Shown here: positions 46,889 to 57,635 of the stretch, piece after piece
How positions within the stretch are numbered: position 1 is the stretch's first letter
Layout of the letters: every line of letters begins with the position of its first letter
Made by a program: the position numbers and the translations under genes
The notes under the pieces: generated by a model
Seen by the model: only the letters and a program-made list of their open reading frames with translations
Database searches by the model: none
What the model was told of the DNA's origin: nothing
IMG/VR virus record: IMGVR_UViG_3300049845_000291
Span: 88,209-152,208 of that record
Length of the DNA: 64,000 nucleotides
Direction: 5' to 3' (one strand)
From: a virus

Positions 46889-49800
46889 ATGGCAACAAAC
46901 CGCAGCTTCGTCGCTAAGAACGGCCTTGACAACAACGGCAACCCGATCACCGGTGCCGGTACAGTCGGGTCATCGCTTCAGGTCTCAGGCGCTCACGCGC
47001 TGACCTTCACCCTTGCTGGTCCAACCACTGTCTCGCTGCCCACATCTGGCACCCTGGTCACGAGCACGCAGATCTCCGCGCTCTCAACTGCCACATCAGC
47101 GAACACACCGAACACCATTGTTCAGCGTGACGGCTCTGGGAACTTTAGTGCTGGCACTGTGACATTGACTGGCCTGACGACATCGGCCTTGTCAGTCAGC
47201 ACATCTGGCATTCCTCTGTTCAGCCACCCAACAGCCATCCAGCTTGAGCTGCGTGAGGGTGATCAAACGCTACCAGCTGGTCGTTGGCGCTTCACGGTTG
47301 ACGGCGACATCCTGAGTGTTCGACACAACACAGCGGTCGCTGGGGACTTCACCACTTACGTCTCCCCGATCTCGTTCAGCAGCACGAACAACGTCACCAT
47401 CCCAAACAACTTGCTGGTTAGTGGCACGATCACTGGCACCCTGTCAGGGAACGCCAGCACCGCAACCGCCCTACAGACCGGACGTACGTTCTCTGTTTCT
47501 GGTGACGCCACTGGCACGTCAACCGCCTTCACTGGAACGGCCGACGCCACAATCCCGGTAACTCTGGCGACGGTGAACAGCAACGTCGGCTCGTTTGGCA
47601 CCGCGTCTCAAGTCAGCACCTTCACGGTGAACGCGAAAGGCCTGATCACCGCGGCCTCGAACACCAACATCGCGATTGCTGCTGGTGCAGTCACGTCTGG
47701 CACCTTCGCCGATGCTCGCATTGCTGCTTCCAATGTGACGCAGCACCAGGCGGCGCTGACCATCGCTGAGACGCAGATCACCGACGGCGCGCTCTTGGCT
47801 CGCAACGCCGGCAACGAGACCATCTCGGGCACGTGGACCTTCAGCAACAACGTCACCGTGCCGTTGGTACCAACGGCTGACAGCCACGCGGCTTCGAAGC
47901 AGTACGTTGACAACATGGCCGCTGGCGTTGCGCCACAGGAATCGGTACGCGCCGCAACGACGGCTGCCATCACCCTGTCTGGCACACAGACAGTTGACGG
48001 TGTGGCGCTGATCGCTGGTGATCGCGTGCTGGTTAAGGACCAGGGCACCGCGTCACAGAACGGCATCTATGTCGTAGCGGCCGGCGCTTGGACACGCGCT
48101 ACTGACTTTGACGGCTCACCGACTAACGAGGTCACTCAAGGCGATCTGATCTTCGTTGAACTTGGAACCGTGAACGCAAACACCTCATGGGTGTTGTTGA
48201 CGGCTAACCCAATCACTGTTGGCACGAGCGCGCTGAACTTCTCGATCTTCAGTCGTTCTGCTGACCTGAACGCCGGCAACGGCCTGACGCGTTCAGGTAA
48301 CACCATCAACGTTGTCACGGCCTCCACCGCTCGCATCGTTGTCAACGCCGACAACATCGATCTGGCAACCGCTGGTACGGCTGGCACCTATCGTTCGGTG
48401 ACGACCGATGCATACGGCCGCGTCACGGCCGGTACTAACCCAACGACGCTGTCTGGATACGGCATCACGGACGCGCAACCTCTTGACGCCGATCTGACCG
48501 CCATTGCTGGTCTTGTTGGTACCTCTGGTTTGCTTCGTAAGGTGGGCACGGATTCTTGGTCACTTGACACCGCCACGTACCTGACTGGTAACCAGTCGAT
48601 CAGCTTGACGGGTGATGCAACTGGTACTGGCGCAACCTCCATCGCGGTAACACTGGCCAACACGGCAGTGACGCCAGCTTCTTATGGCTCGGCCACCCAG
48701 GTCGGTACCTTCACTGTTGACTCGAAGGGCCGTCTGACGGCCGCATCGAACACGACGATCGCGATTCCAACCTCTGCTGTCACATCTGGCACCTTCGCTA
48801 ATGCGCGCATTGCTGCCTCGAACGTCACGCAACACCAAGCTGCGCTGACCATTGCTGAGACGCAGATCACTGACGGCGCGTTGCTCGCTCGTGTTGGTGA
48901 CGACGAGACAATTTCCGGGAACTGGGCGTTCAGCAACAACGTCACCGTGCCGCTGGTGCCAACCGCGCTGGCGCACGCCGCTTCTAAGCAGTACGTTGAC
49001 AACTCGCTGCAGGGCCTGCAAAGCAAGCCATCAGTTCGCGCCGCCACAACCGCCAACCTGACCGCTACGTACTCGAACGGTAGCGCTGGTGTTGGTGCCA
49101 CCCTGACTGGTACTGGCACGCTGCCGACCATTGATGGTGTGACCCTGACAACTGGAGACGGGGTGCTGGTCAAGAACCAGACGGCATCGCTGCAAAACGG
49201 CCGATACAACGTCACGACCGTTTCTCCGAACTGGGTGCTGACCCGCTGCGGCCTGTGCGATGAGAACGACGAGATCCCTGGTGCTTACATCTTTGTCACG
49301 GATGGCAGTACGCTCAAGAACACTGGTTGGGTGCTATCGGTCGCAAGCCCGTCAACATTCGTAGTTGGCACCGACGCCATCACTGTGGTTCAGTTCTCTG
49401 GGGCAGGAGAATACACTGCGGGTGCAGGCCTTGCGCTGTTTGGTAATACCTTCAGCGTCGGCACAGCGTCAGCAGCTCGCATCGTGGTCAACGCGGACAC
49501 CATCGACCTGGCAACTGTTGGTACCGCGGGCACCTATCGCTCTGTCACGACTGACGCATATGGTCGTGTCACGGCTGGCACGAACCCAACGACGTTGTCT
49601 GGATATGGCATCACGGATGCGCAACCTCTTGATGCCGACCTGACCTCCATCGCAGGTCTTGCTGGTACCTCTGGTTTGTTGCGCAAGACCGCAGCAAATA
49701 CCTGGTCGCTGGACACCAATACGTACATCACCGGTAACGAGACCATCACCCTGTCAGGTGATGTCACCGGGTCTGGCAGCACTGCGATTACCGCCACGTT

Positions 49801-52800
49801 GGCTAACACAGCTGTCACGGCTGGGTCTTACGGAACTGCATCACAAGTCCCAACGATCACTGTTGACTCGAAAGGCCGCTTGACCGCGGCGTCGAACACC
49901 GCCATCGCCATCGCGGCAACCGCCGTAACGTCAGGCACGTTCAACAACGCACGAATTGCCGCTTCAAACGTCACCCAACACCAGGCAGCACTCACGATTC
50001 TGGAGAGCCAGATCACCGACGGCACTGTGTTGGCCCGTAATGCAGGTGATGAGGCGATCTCCGGGAACTGGACGTTCAACAACAACGTCGCGGTGCCGCT
50101 TGTACCGACGGCCGACGGCCACGCCGCTTCCAAGCAGTACGTTGACAACGCGATCACCGGCCTGGACATGAAGCAGTCGGTGCATGCGGCCACCACCGCG
50201 AACATCACGCTGTCTGGCACACAAACGGTTGACGGCGTTGCTCTTATTGCCGGCGATCGAGTGCTGGTCAAGAACCAGACAACCGCTTCACAGAACGGAA
50301 TCTACGTTGTTTCAGCCGGGTCTTGGACCCGCTCAATTGATGCCGATGATGCTGCTGAAGTGACCTCAGGTCTGTATGTCTTCGTTGAAGAAGGCACGGC
50401 AAACGGTGATACTGGTTGGGTCCTGAGCACCAATGACCCGATCACGATCGGCACCACCGCCCTGACCTTTGTCCAATTCAGCGGCCTTGGTCAGGTTACC
50501 GCTGGAGCCGGCATGACCAAGACCGGTAACACGCTGGATGTTGGCACAGCTTCTACGGCTCGCATTGTTGTCAACGCGGACAACATCGACCTGGCAACTG
50601 TCACCGATGGTGGCGGTGGTTCATTCCTGAAGTTCACGCGTGACACCTATGGTCGTGTCACTGGCACCAGCGCTGTAGTCGCGGCAGACATCAACAGCCT
50701 GGTTAGCACGACGTATGTCACTCGCTCTGCTGACACGATGACTGGCGCGCTTGGTGTGGTTGCTGGTACCGCTGGCGCTCCTGGTCTTTACATCGTTGGC
50801 GACACCAACACCGGTATCAACCAAGCAACGGGGGCTGACACCCTGGCTATCAGCACTGGTGGAACAAACCGCCTTGTTGTAAACAGCATCGGCACCGCCA
50901 TCAATGCATCTGGAAACGCTGCTACCCGTGTTCAGTTCGAGCTTGGTGGCAACCAGCTCTTGACAGGTTCTGCCGGATCGTACATCGGTATCGGGGCGTA
51001 CTGGGACACGGGGTGGAAGAACTCGGTCACTGGCAACGGCGGCATCGTCATCCGAAATGAAAGTGGCGGCACGATGCAGTTCATGACGGGCGACTCAACT
51101 GAAGTTGCAGGCACCGTCATTCCCGGATTCACGACAAGGATGGCGATCAACGGAGCTGGACAAGTTTCGATCTCCAGCGCAGCTGCTTCAACATCCACAG
51201 CCACCGGCGCCCTTACGGTTGCGGGTGGTGTTGGTGTTGGCGGTGCGATCTATGCAGCTAGCTTCAACGGCCCGCTGACGGGCAACGTCACTGGCAACGT
51301 GACAGGCACGGTCAGCGGCAACGCTGGCAGCGCCACTGTGCTGCAGACAACTCGCACGTTCAACCTGTCTGGTGTCACTACGGGTGGTGCCCAGAACTTT
51401 AACGGCTCGCAGAACGTCGTCATCAACGTGACGGCCGTTCCAACCTCGCTGCTGACTGGCGTCATTGCTGATGCTCAGATCTCCGGTGCATACTCTGGCA
51501 TCACGAACTTGAGCATGTCAGGCAACCTGACAATTACCTCGAGCTCCGCGTCGCAGATCTTCATGAACAGCCCAACTGTTCAAGGGGCATATCAGTTCAC
51601 GCAGGTCGGCGGCTTGAACCGTTGGGTTTGGGGCGCAAATAGCACCGCCGAAACAGGTTCCAACGCAGGTTCGAACTTCTTCATCCAGCGGTACACTGAC
51701 GCTGGCGCCATCATCGACGTGCCGCTGAGCATCACGCGCTCGTCTGGCCAGGTCGTGATTCCAAACGGCTCTGGTATCGCGCAGCTGAACGCTTCAAACC
51801 TGTCAAGCGGCACCGTTGCTGATGCGCGTTTGTCATCAAACGTGGCGTTGCTAAACGCCACCCAGACCTTCACAGGACAGAAGACCTTCAACCAGGCGTT
51901 GTTGATGGGCTCAACAACGCTCTTCAACATCAACGGCTCTACTCCCGGTGGCCAGATCAACGGTCTGTATGTTGCCGATCTTGGTGGCACGGTCGGCACA
52001 ACGAACAACCCAACCTTTACCGCCGCGATTGCCGGTCAGATCGATTCGAGCCGCTCAGTGGCCGTATCTGTTGACGGCGCTGGTAATCTCTGGGGCTTCC
52101 GCTCGCACTCCAGTGCTGGCACCTATGTCTGGAACTCGAAGGTCGTCAACGCTGATCAACTCACAACGGCCCGCACTATTGCGCTGTCGGGTGCTGCAAC
52201 CGGTACTGCAACCTCGTTCAACGGCTCAGCAAACATCACGATCCCAGTAACGGCGCTGAACGCGTCGAACCTGACAACCGGTACGGTCCCAACCGCACGT
52301 CTTGGCACCGGAACTGCTGACAGCACCACGTACCTGCGTGGTGACGGCACGTGGGCAGCTGGTATCGCTGGAGTGACGAGCATCACGATCGCCGGCTCTA
52401 ACGGCATCGGTGTTTCGAACCCAACGATCACCAGCACCGGCACGGTGACGCTGTCGCTTGGCGACATCACGCCGACCACGGTTCGTGTGCCTGATGGCAC
52501 TGTGGCGCTGCCATCCATCACCTTTGCTTCCGACCTCGACACCGGCATCTATCGTTCTGGTACCAACATCCTGGCCTTCACGACTGGTGGTACGCAGGCC
52601 ATGACGCTCGACGCGTCAGGAAACACGAACATCATTGGTCGTCTGGGTGTGCTTGATGGCACACCAAACACCAGCGTGGTCGCCAACCTTGCCGGTACCT
52701 TCACTGCAAATGCCGGGCGCTATGGCATTCAGAACCTTGTTACGCTCACCAATGAGGCGTTGACAACGGATCGCACCTCATTTGGTGCTTTCAACCGCAT

Positions 52801-55800
52801 TGAGACGCAAGTTCAAAACGGGGTCGCATTCTCACTGAACATTGAAGGTGCCCGAAACCTGGCGCAGACAAGTGCCGCCGGCGGAAACTCGATTGATGGT
52901 GAAGGCGCGCTGATTGGCGCCACAAACTACGCGCTGCACCAAACCGCGGATGTTACCTTCACGCGTATGGAGAACGTGTACGGTGCTCAGAACCTGGCAA
53001 TTGTTTCTGGTGCTACCGCAATTGGTGATAACACATACGGCTCAGTCAACACAGCGCAAGCTTCAGGTGCTGGAAGCATAATTACAACGGCGATGGGTGT
53101 CCGTTCTCGTGTCATTGCAAGCAACGCAACTTCCAGCATCACGACCGGACACCTGTTCTACGGTGACATGTCAGCCACCGGCACGATCACTAACCGATAC
53201 GGCCTGTACATCGCCACCGCAATCAACAACTACGTCGCTGGTGGCTTCCAGATCGCCGGCACCGCAGCAACTGGCACCAACACGCATGGTCTTGGTGTTG
53301 GTATCGCTCCATCCGGAACCACTGGCACGATTCGCACGTCAAGCCAGATTTTTACGTACGCGTCAGATACTGTGTCGGCCCCTGGTTACTCTTGGGACGG
53401 CGACCCCAACACTGGCATGTTCCGCCCGGCTGAAGATATTCTTGCGTTCACGGCAGGTGGAACAGAGACCATGCGTCTTGAACCAACGCAGGTGCTGATC
53501 GGTGCAACGACCGGTCAGGTGACCGCCGGTACTGATTCTCGTGTGCAAATCCATGGTTTGACAAACGCGCTTAGCTCGTTGTCGATCGCCCGGCACAATG
53601 CTGATGCTTCGGGCGCGCTGCTCTATCTTGGCAAGTCTCGTGCAACATCAGTTGGCGGAATCACCGCTGTCGTCGCAAACGACATTCTTGGCAACATCAT
53701 TTGGGCCGGTGGTGACAACGCCGCAATGTCTTCTGGTGCAACAATCCGGGCAGTTGCAACTCAAACGTGGAGTACCACGGCCCGCGGTACAGCGCTGGAA
53801 TTGCAGACTACTGCTGACAGCACTACAACGCAGGTTACCAGGTTGCAAGTCTTGCAAACTGGTCAGATCACGATGCCCGCAAACATTGCGGCAACATCAA
53901 CAACGACTGGTACGCTGGTCGTAACTGGTGGTGTTGGTGTTAGTGGCACGATCCACGCTGGTGCGTTTGACGGCGACTTGACTGGCAATGCAACAACGGC
54001 CACCACCCTGCAGACAACTCGTTCGATTGGCTTGTCTGGTGTCACTGCAACGGCACAGAACTTCAACGGTTCAGCGAACATCACGATTCCTATCACCGCA
54101 GTTCCGGCCTCTTTGCTGACCGGCACGATCGCTGATGCTCGTATCAGCGGCTCGTATACTGGCTTGACAAACCTGACCGGCACTGGCACTGTTGACTTCT
54201 CACGCTTCATCGGAAATGGCGCAGACAGTGCTTCGGCCCCATCGTTCTCATGGACCGGTGACCTGGACACCGGCATCTATACCCCGGCTGCCAACCAGGT
54301 TGCGGTCAGCACTGGCAACAGTCAAGCAGCGCTGTTTACTTCCAGCCGTGTCACTGTGACGCCATTGCTGCAGGCCTCAAACGGTGTTGCAATGGGCAGC
54401 GCCGTAAACCCAGTGTACGAGATCAACCTGGACTTTGGCTCTGATGTGGCAGGCACGTGGCGCAAGATTATCGGTGCGACCCTACAAGATACTCAGTTCT
54501 CGACGCACGGATTCGTGATCGAGATCGAGGATCCAGGTTCTAACATCGCTTCAGCGAACACCGTGAACTCAATTGAGCGCGAACGGTTCTATGTTGCGAT
54601 GGTTCGTGCTGAAAGCACGACGCTCAACACACCAGATGCCTGCTACGTAACTGGCCCAAGTAATCGTATCCGTGCCATCAAGACGGCGATCGGCACGTAT
54701 GAGGTGCAAATCCAGAACGATTCGCAGTTCCGTGAGTACCGCGTCAGCATCTCAACCTACGCGTCAAACGGCTCGCACACGATCACGTACTTTGATGGTA
54801 CTGCTGGTGGTACCGCCACGGGCACCTATGCTGCAACTGTAGGCACTGCAACTGAGTGGTTCCAGCAGGTCAAGCTTGCTTCGACAACGGCTTCATCTTC
54901 AACGACAACTGGCGCCCTCACGGTGGCAGGTGGTGTTGGGGTCGCTGGACAAGTCACAGCTGCTACCTTCTCCGGCTCCGGTGCCGCGCTAACATCTCTG
55001 AACGCGTCGAACTTGTCGTCTGGTACCGTTCCAAATGCACGTATCTCTGGTTCATATGATGGTATTGATGTTCTAACAGCCAACGACTTCATTGCAGCAT
55101 CTGGAGGTGTGGCGCTTCGCATGAAGGACAGCACTGGTGCAACAGGTGTTGCAACGCTGGTCTATTCTGATGGCGCAGATTTCTACTTCCTGTTGACGAA
55201 CAGTGGTGACGCCAACGGCACCTGGAACACGCTCCGTCCGTTTAGGTTCAGCAAGACCACCGGTTTGGTCCAGATGGCCCACGGTTTAACTGTGACAGGC
55301 ACGGTGACTGGCACTACCTTCTCTGGTTCTGGTGCTTCGTTGACCTCGCTGAACGCGTCGAACCTGTCAACAGGCACGGTTGGCACGGCCCGTCTTGGTA
55401 GTGGCACCGCGAATAGCACAACCTTCCTGCGTGGCGACGGCACTTGGGCGGTTCCAACAGCATCGGGCGATCTGACACCGACATCAGTGACATCATCCGG
55501 CTCAATCATTGGCACCACGAACCTAATTGCGCGTGGTGGTGGCACTGGTGCTGAAGGTGGTCAGCTCGTTCTCGGGTACGGCAACAACTTGGCCACGGCC
55601 ATCACCGGACAGGCAAACAACACCTGGAACCTGGACGTCGTCACCAGCGACTTCCGCATCTTCCGCTTGAACAGCGCCGGCACGGCTTTGACGGCCGTTC
55701 AAATCTCTGAGGCAGGCAGCGCCGCGTTCCAAGGGAACATCGCGTCGACCACGACTGGAACCGGTACGATTGTTGTGACTGGTGGTGTTGGTGTCAGCGG

Positions 55801-56977
55801 ACAGGTTACGGCCGGTGCCTTCTCTGGTTCTGGCGCTTCGCTGACGTCTCTGAACGCGTCGAACCTTGGATCTGGTACGGTACCAGATGCACGGATCTCT
55901 GGTGCGTACTCGGGTATCACGACGTTGACGCTGACCTCTGGCTTGATCCTCCCAGATGGATCGGCCGCGACCCCCGCGATCCGATTCACCAATGACACTG
56001 ACACTGGTATCTGGCTTGGTGCTGTTGGTGACATGCGCTTCTCAGTTGGCGGGTCAGCTCGGATGACGATGACGGCTACCGAGATCTCAACGGCTAACGG
56101 AGCCGCATGGACCGGTAACGGCTCTGGCCTGGCGAACCTGAATGCGTCGAACTTGACATCTGGCACTATCCCAGATGCACGGATCTCTGGTGCGTACACT
56201 GGTATCACGACCCTTTCTATCACCAGCAACCTGACAGTTCAGCCAAGTACCACGACGCATGGGTACACGCAGATCGTTCCCGGTAACGCCACTAACTCTG
56301 GCTACATCGCCTTCCATGCCTTCACTTCAGGGGTTCGTCAGGGCTACATCGGGTATTCAGCTACGAACTCGACACTGGACGCCGGCACCATCCCATATGT
56401 TGCAGGAACGCACGCCTTTACCGGCACGATCAGCGGCAACGGCTCAGGTCTTACCACCTTGAACGCGTCGAACTTATCATCGGGAACAGTCCCAGATGCA
56501 CGGATCTCTGGTGCGTACTCGGGTATCACGACGTTGACGCTGACCTCTGGCTTGATCCTCCCAGATGGCACAAGTGGAACGCCAGCTATTCGCTTCACGT
56601 CTGACACGAACTGCGGTATCTATCGACACACCACCGACACAGTCGGTGTGAACACCGCGTTGTACGTGAACGGCGAAATCACGGCGTTCTCTGATCGTCG
56701 TGTTAAGACGAACGTCGAGTCGGTGCCAGATGCGCTGCTTAAGGTGCAGGCTATCCGAGGCGTCACATACGAGCGGACCGACCTGGAAGATGGCAAGCGC
56801 TACGCTGGTGTGATTGCTCAAGAAGTTGAGCAGGTCTTGCCAGAGGTTGTCCGCACTGGTGATGATGGCATGAAGTCCGTGAACTACGACGGTCTGTCTG
56901 CCCTGTTGATCGAGGCTATCAAGGAGCTGTCCGACAAGGTCAAGGCCCTTGAAGCCAAACTTGCAAAGTACGAGTAA
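46889..56977 (+). CDS. Giant fibre protein (3362 aa) with S74 chaperone
   Basis: Three tandem units of about 370 aa (ASKQYVD, GDRVLVK.Q, QNG.Y); many LNASNL..GTV..AR repeats; AFSDRRVK. Confidence 0.9.
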   Translation: MATNRSFVAKNGLDNNGNPITGAGTVGSSLQVSGAHALTFTLAGPTTVSLPTSGTLVTSTQISALSTATSANTPNTIVQRDGSGNFSAGTVTLTGLTTSALSVSTSGIPLFSHPTAIQLELREGDQTLPAGRWRFTVDGDILSVRHNTAVAGDFTTYVSPISFSSTNNVTIPNNLLVSGTITGTLSGNASTATALQTGRTFSVSGDATGTSTAFTGTADATIPVTLATVNSNVGSFGTASQVSTFTVNAKGLITAASNTNIAIAAGAVTSGTFADARIAASNVTQHQAALTIAETQITDGALLARNAGNETISGTWTFSNNVTVPLVPTADSHAASKQYVDNMAAGVAPQESVRAATTAAITLSGTQTVDGVALIAGDRVLVKDQGTASQNGIYVVAAGAWTRATDFDGSPTNEVTQGDLIFVELGTVNANTSWVLLTANPITVGTSALNFSIFSRSADLNAGNGLTRSGNTINVVTASTARIVVNADNIDLATAGTAGTYRSVTTDAYGRVTAGTNPTTLSGYGITDAQPLDADLTAIAGLVGTSGLLRKVGTDSWSLDTATYLTGNQSISLTGDATGTGATSIAVTLANTAVTPASYGSATQVGTFTVDSKGRLTAASNTTIAIPTSAVTSGTFANARIAASNVTQHQAALTIAETQITDGALLARVGDDETISGNWAFSNNVTVPLVPTALAHAASKQYVDNSLQGLQSKPSVRAATTANLTATYSNGSAGVGATLTGTGTLPTIDGVTLTTGDGVLVKNQTASLQNGRYNVTTVSPNWVLTRCGLCDENDEIPGAYIFVTDGSTLKNTGWVLSVASPSTFVVGTDAITVVQFSGAGEYTAGAGLALFGNTFSVGTASAARIVVNADTIDLATVGTAGTYRSVTTDAYGRVTAGTNPTTLSGYGITDAQPLDADLTSIAGLAGTSGLLRKTAANTWSLDTNTYITGNETITLSGDVTGSGSTAITATLANTAVTAGSYGTASQVPTITVDSKGRLTAASNTAIAIAATAVTSGTFNNARIAASNVTQHQAALTILESQITDGTVLARNAGDEAISGNWTFNNNVAVPLVPTADGHAASKQYVDNAITGLDMKQSVHAATTANITLSGTQTVDGVALIAGDRVLVKNQTTASQNGIYVVSAGSWTRSIDADDAAEVTSGLYVFVEEGTANGDTGWVLSTNDPITIGTTALTFVQFSGLGQVTAGAGMTKTGNTLDVGTASTARIVVNADNIDLATVTDGGGGSFLKFTRDTYGRVTGTSAVVAADINSLVSTTYVTRSADTMTGALGVVAGTAGAPGLYIVGDTNTGINQATGADTLAISTGGTNRLVVNSIGTAINASGNAATRVQFELGGNQLLTGSAGSYIGIGAYWDTGWKNSVTGNGGIVIRNESGGTMQFMTGDSTEVAGTVIPGFTTRMAINGAGQVSISSAAASTSTATGALTVAGGVGVGGAIYAASFNGPLTGNVTGNVTGTVSGNAGSATVLQTTRTFNLSGVTTGGAQNFNGSQNVVINVTAVPTSLLTGVIADAQISGAYSGITNLSMSGNLTITSSSASQIFMNSPTVQGAYQFTQVGGLNRWVWGANSTAETGSNAGSNFFIQRYTDAGAIIDVPLSITRSSGQVVIPNGSGIAQLNASNLSSGTVADARLSSNVALLNATQTFTGQKTFNQALLMGSTTLFNINGSTPGGQINGLYVADLGGTVGTTNNPTFTAAIAGQIDSSRSVAVSVDGAGNLWGFRSHSSAGTYVWNSKVVNADQLTTARTIALSGAATGTATSFNGSANITIPVTALNASNLTTGTVPTARLGTGTADSTTYLRGDGTWAAGIAGVTSITIAGSNGIGVSNPTITSTGTVTLSLGDITPTTVRVPDGTVALPSITFASDLDTGIYRSGTNILAFTTGGTQAMTLDASGNTNIIGRLGVLDGTPNTSVVANLAGTFTANAGRYGIQNLVTLTNEALTTDRTSFGAFNRIETQVQNGVAFSLNIEGARNLAQTSAAGGNSIDGEGALIGATNYALHQTADVTFTRMENVYGAQNLAIVSGATAIGDNTYGSVNTAQASGAGSIITTAMGVRSRVIASNATSSITTGHLFYGDMSATGTITNRYGLYIATAINNYVAGGFQIAGTAATGTNTHGLGVGIAPSGTTGTIRTSSQIFTYASDTVSAPGYSWDGDPNTGMFRPAEDILAFTAGGTETMRLEPTQVLIGATTGQVTAGTDSRVQIHGLTNALSSLSIARHNADASGALLYLGKSRATSVGGITAVVANDILGNIIWAGGDNAAMSSGATIRAVATQTWSTTARGTALELQTTADSTTTQVTRLQVLQTGQITMPANIAATSTTTGTLVVTGGVGVSGTIHAGAFDGDLTGNATTATTLQTTRSIGLSGVTATAQNFNGSANITIPITAVPASLLTGTIADARISGSYTGLTNLTGTGTVDFSRFIGNGADSASAPSFSWTGDLDTGIYTPAANQVAVSTGNSQAALFTSSRVTVTPLLQASNGVAMGSAVNPVYEINLDFGSDVAGTWRKIIGATLQDTQFSTHGFVIEIEDPGSNIASANTVNSIERERFYVAMVRAESTTLNTPDACYVTGPSNRIRAIKTAIGTYEVQIQNDSQFREYRVSISTYASNGSHTITYFDGTAGGTATGTYAATVGTATEWFQQVKLASTTASSSTTTGALTVAGGVGVAGQVTAATFSGSGAALTSLNASNLSSGTVPNARISGSYDGIDVLTANDFIAASGGVALRMKDSTGATGVATLVYSDGADFYFLLTNSGDANGTWNTLRPFRFSKTTGLVQMAHGLTVTGTVTGTTFSGSGASLTSLNASNLSTGTVGTARLGSGTANSTTFLRGDGTWAVPTASGDLTPTSVTSSGSIIGTTNLIARGGGTGAEGGQLVLGYGNNLATAITGQANNTWNLDVVTSDFRIFRLNSAGTALTAVQISEAGSAAFQGNIASTTTGTGTIVVTGGVGVSGQVTAGAFSGSGASLTSLNASNLGSGTVPDARISGAYSGITTLTLTSGLILPDGSAATPAIRFTNDTDTGIWLGAVGDMRFSVGGSARMTMTATEISTANGAAWTGNGSGLANLNASNLTSGTIPDARISGAYTGITTLSITSNLTVQPSTTTHGYTQIVPGNATNSGYIAFHAFTSGVRQGYIGYSATNSTLDAGTIPYVAGTHAFTGTISGNGSGLTTLNASNLSSGTVPDARISGAYSGITTLTLTSGLILPDGTSGTPAIRFTSDTNCGIYRHTTDTVGVNTALYVNGEITAFSDRRVKTNVESVPDALLKVQAIRGVTYERTDLEDGKRYAGVIAQEVEQVLPEVVRTGDDGMKSVNYDGLSALLIEAIKELSDKVKALEAKLAKYE
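47560..50660 (+). repeat. Three tandem ~1.1-kb diverged repeat units within the giant fibre gene (boundaries approximate)
   Basis: ARIAASNVTQHQAALTI and HAASKQYVDN each occur three times. Confidence 0.8.
55883..56568 (+). repeat. Identical 77-bp direct repeat (55883-55959 and 56492-56568)
   Basis: ccagatgcacggatctctggtgcgtactcgggtatcacgacgttgacgctgacctctggcttgatcctcccagatgg occurs twice. Confidence 0.85.
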
Positions 56978-56980
56978 GCC

Positions 56981-57583
56981 ATGCCAGTACCAACCACAAA
57001 CGTGACCTTCAGCTCAATTCAGACTGAGTTTGGGGGTTCCAATCCGATCTCCATCAGTGAGTACTACCGAGGTGGGGCTTTGGTGCCAGCCGGCACTGCC
57101 ACCTCGGCAACTGACGGAACCCCCATTTCAACCTCGGGGTTGATTCGAGTTGGGATGTTTAGAGGAACCAGTGCGGCCCCAACGGGCATGATTCCAAGCT
57201 CTTATGGCACTATCTTCCACAACACCATCTCACCAGTCAATGCTTTTGCAGCACTTAGATTCAACTCGAGTGGGCAGGCCTTTGAGTTGATTGGGGCATC
57301 TCCTGCGGTGGCTGCCCCAAACTGGTATGAACCCACAACCACCGGAATCGGAAACTCGTACTGGATCAGGATACGTCGGGTCAGTGGGTCCGCAACAGGT
57401 TACGTTGGGGCCACCGTAAACACCTGGCTGCAGATGAGCAGCACTCGTGAGATTGGGCATCTTATCGATGGCCCCTCAGATTTCATTACGGCACTTTACG
57501 AGATTGATTTTTCCACATCATCCGGTGGCACGCCTATCGTCGGGGTATCTGACGTTGAGATCAACGTGATCAAGGAGTTCTAA
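56981..57583 (+). CDS. Fibre-tip/adhesin-like protein
   Basis: N-terminal IQTEFGGSNPISISEYYRGG module; directly follows an S74 fibre. Confidence 0.65.
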   Translation: MPVPTTNVTFSSIQTEFGGSNPISISEYYRGGALVPAGTATSATDGTPISTSGLIRVGMFRGTSAAPTGMIPSSYGTIFHNTISPVNAFAALRFNSSGQAFELIGASPAVAAPNWYEPTTTGIGNSYWIRIRRVSGSATGYVGATVNTWLQMSSTREIGHLIDGPSDFITALYEIDFSTSSGGTPIVGVSDVEINVIKEF

Positions 57584-57603
57584 GTTGACCTAGGACCTTC
57601 AGA

Positions 57604-57610
57604 CTAAATA
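57604..57610 (+). promoter_or_regulatory. Late promoter CTAAATA
   Basis: Intergenic, upstream of a fibre gene. Confidence 0.65.
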
Positions 57611-57635
57611 GGACGTTGAATCAAGGTCGCATCCC

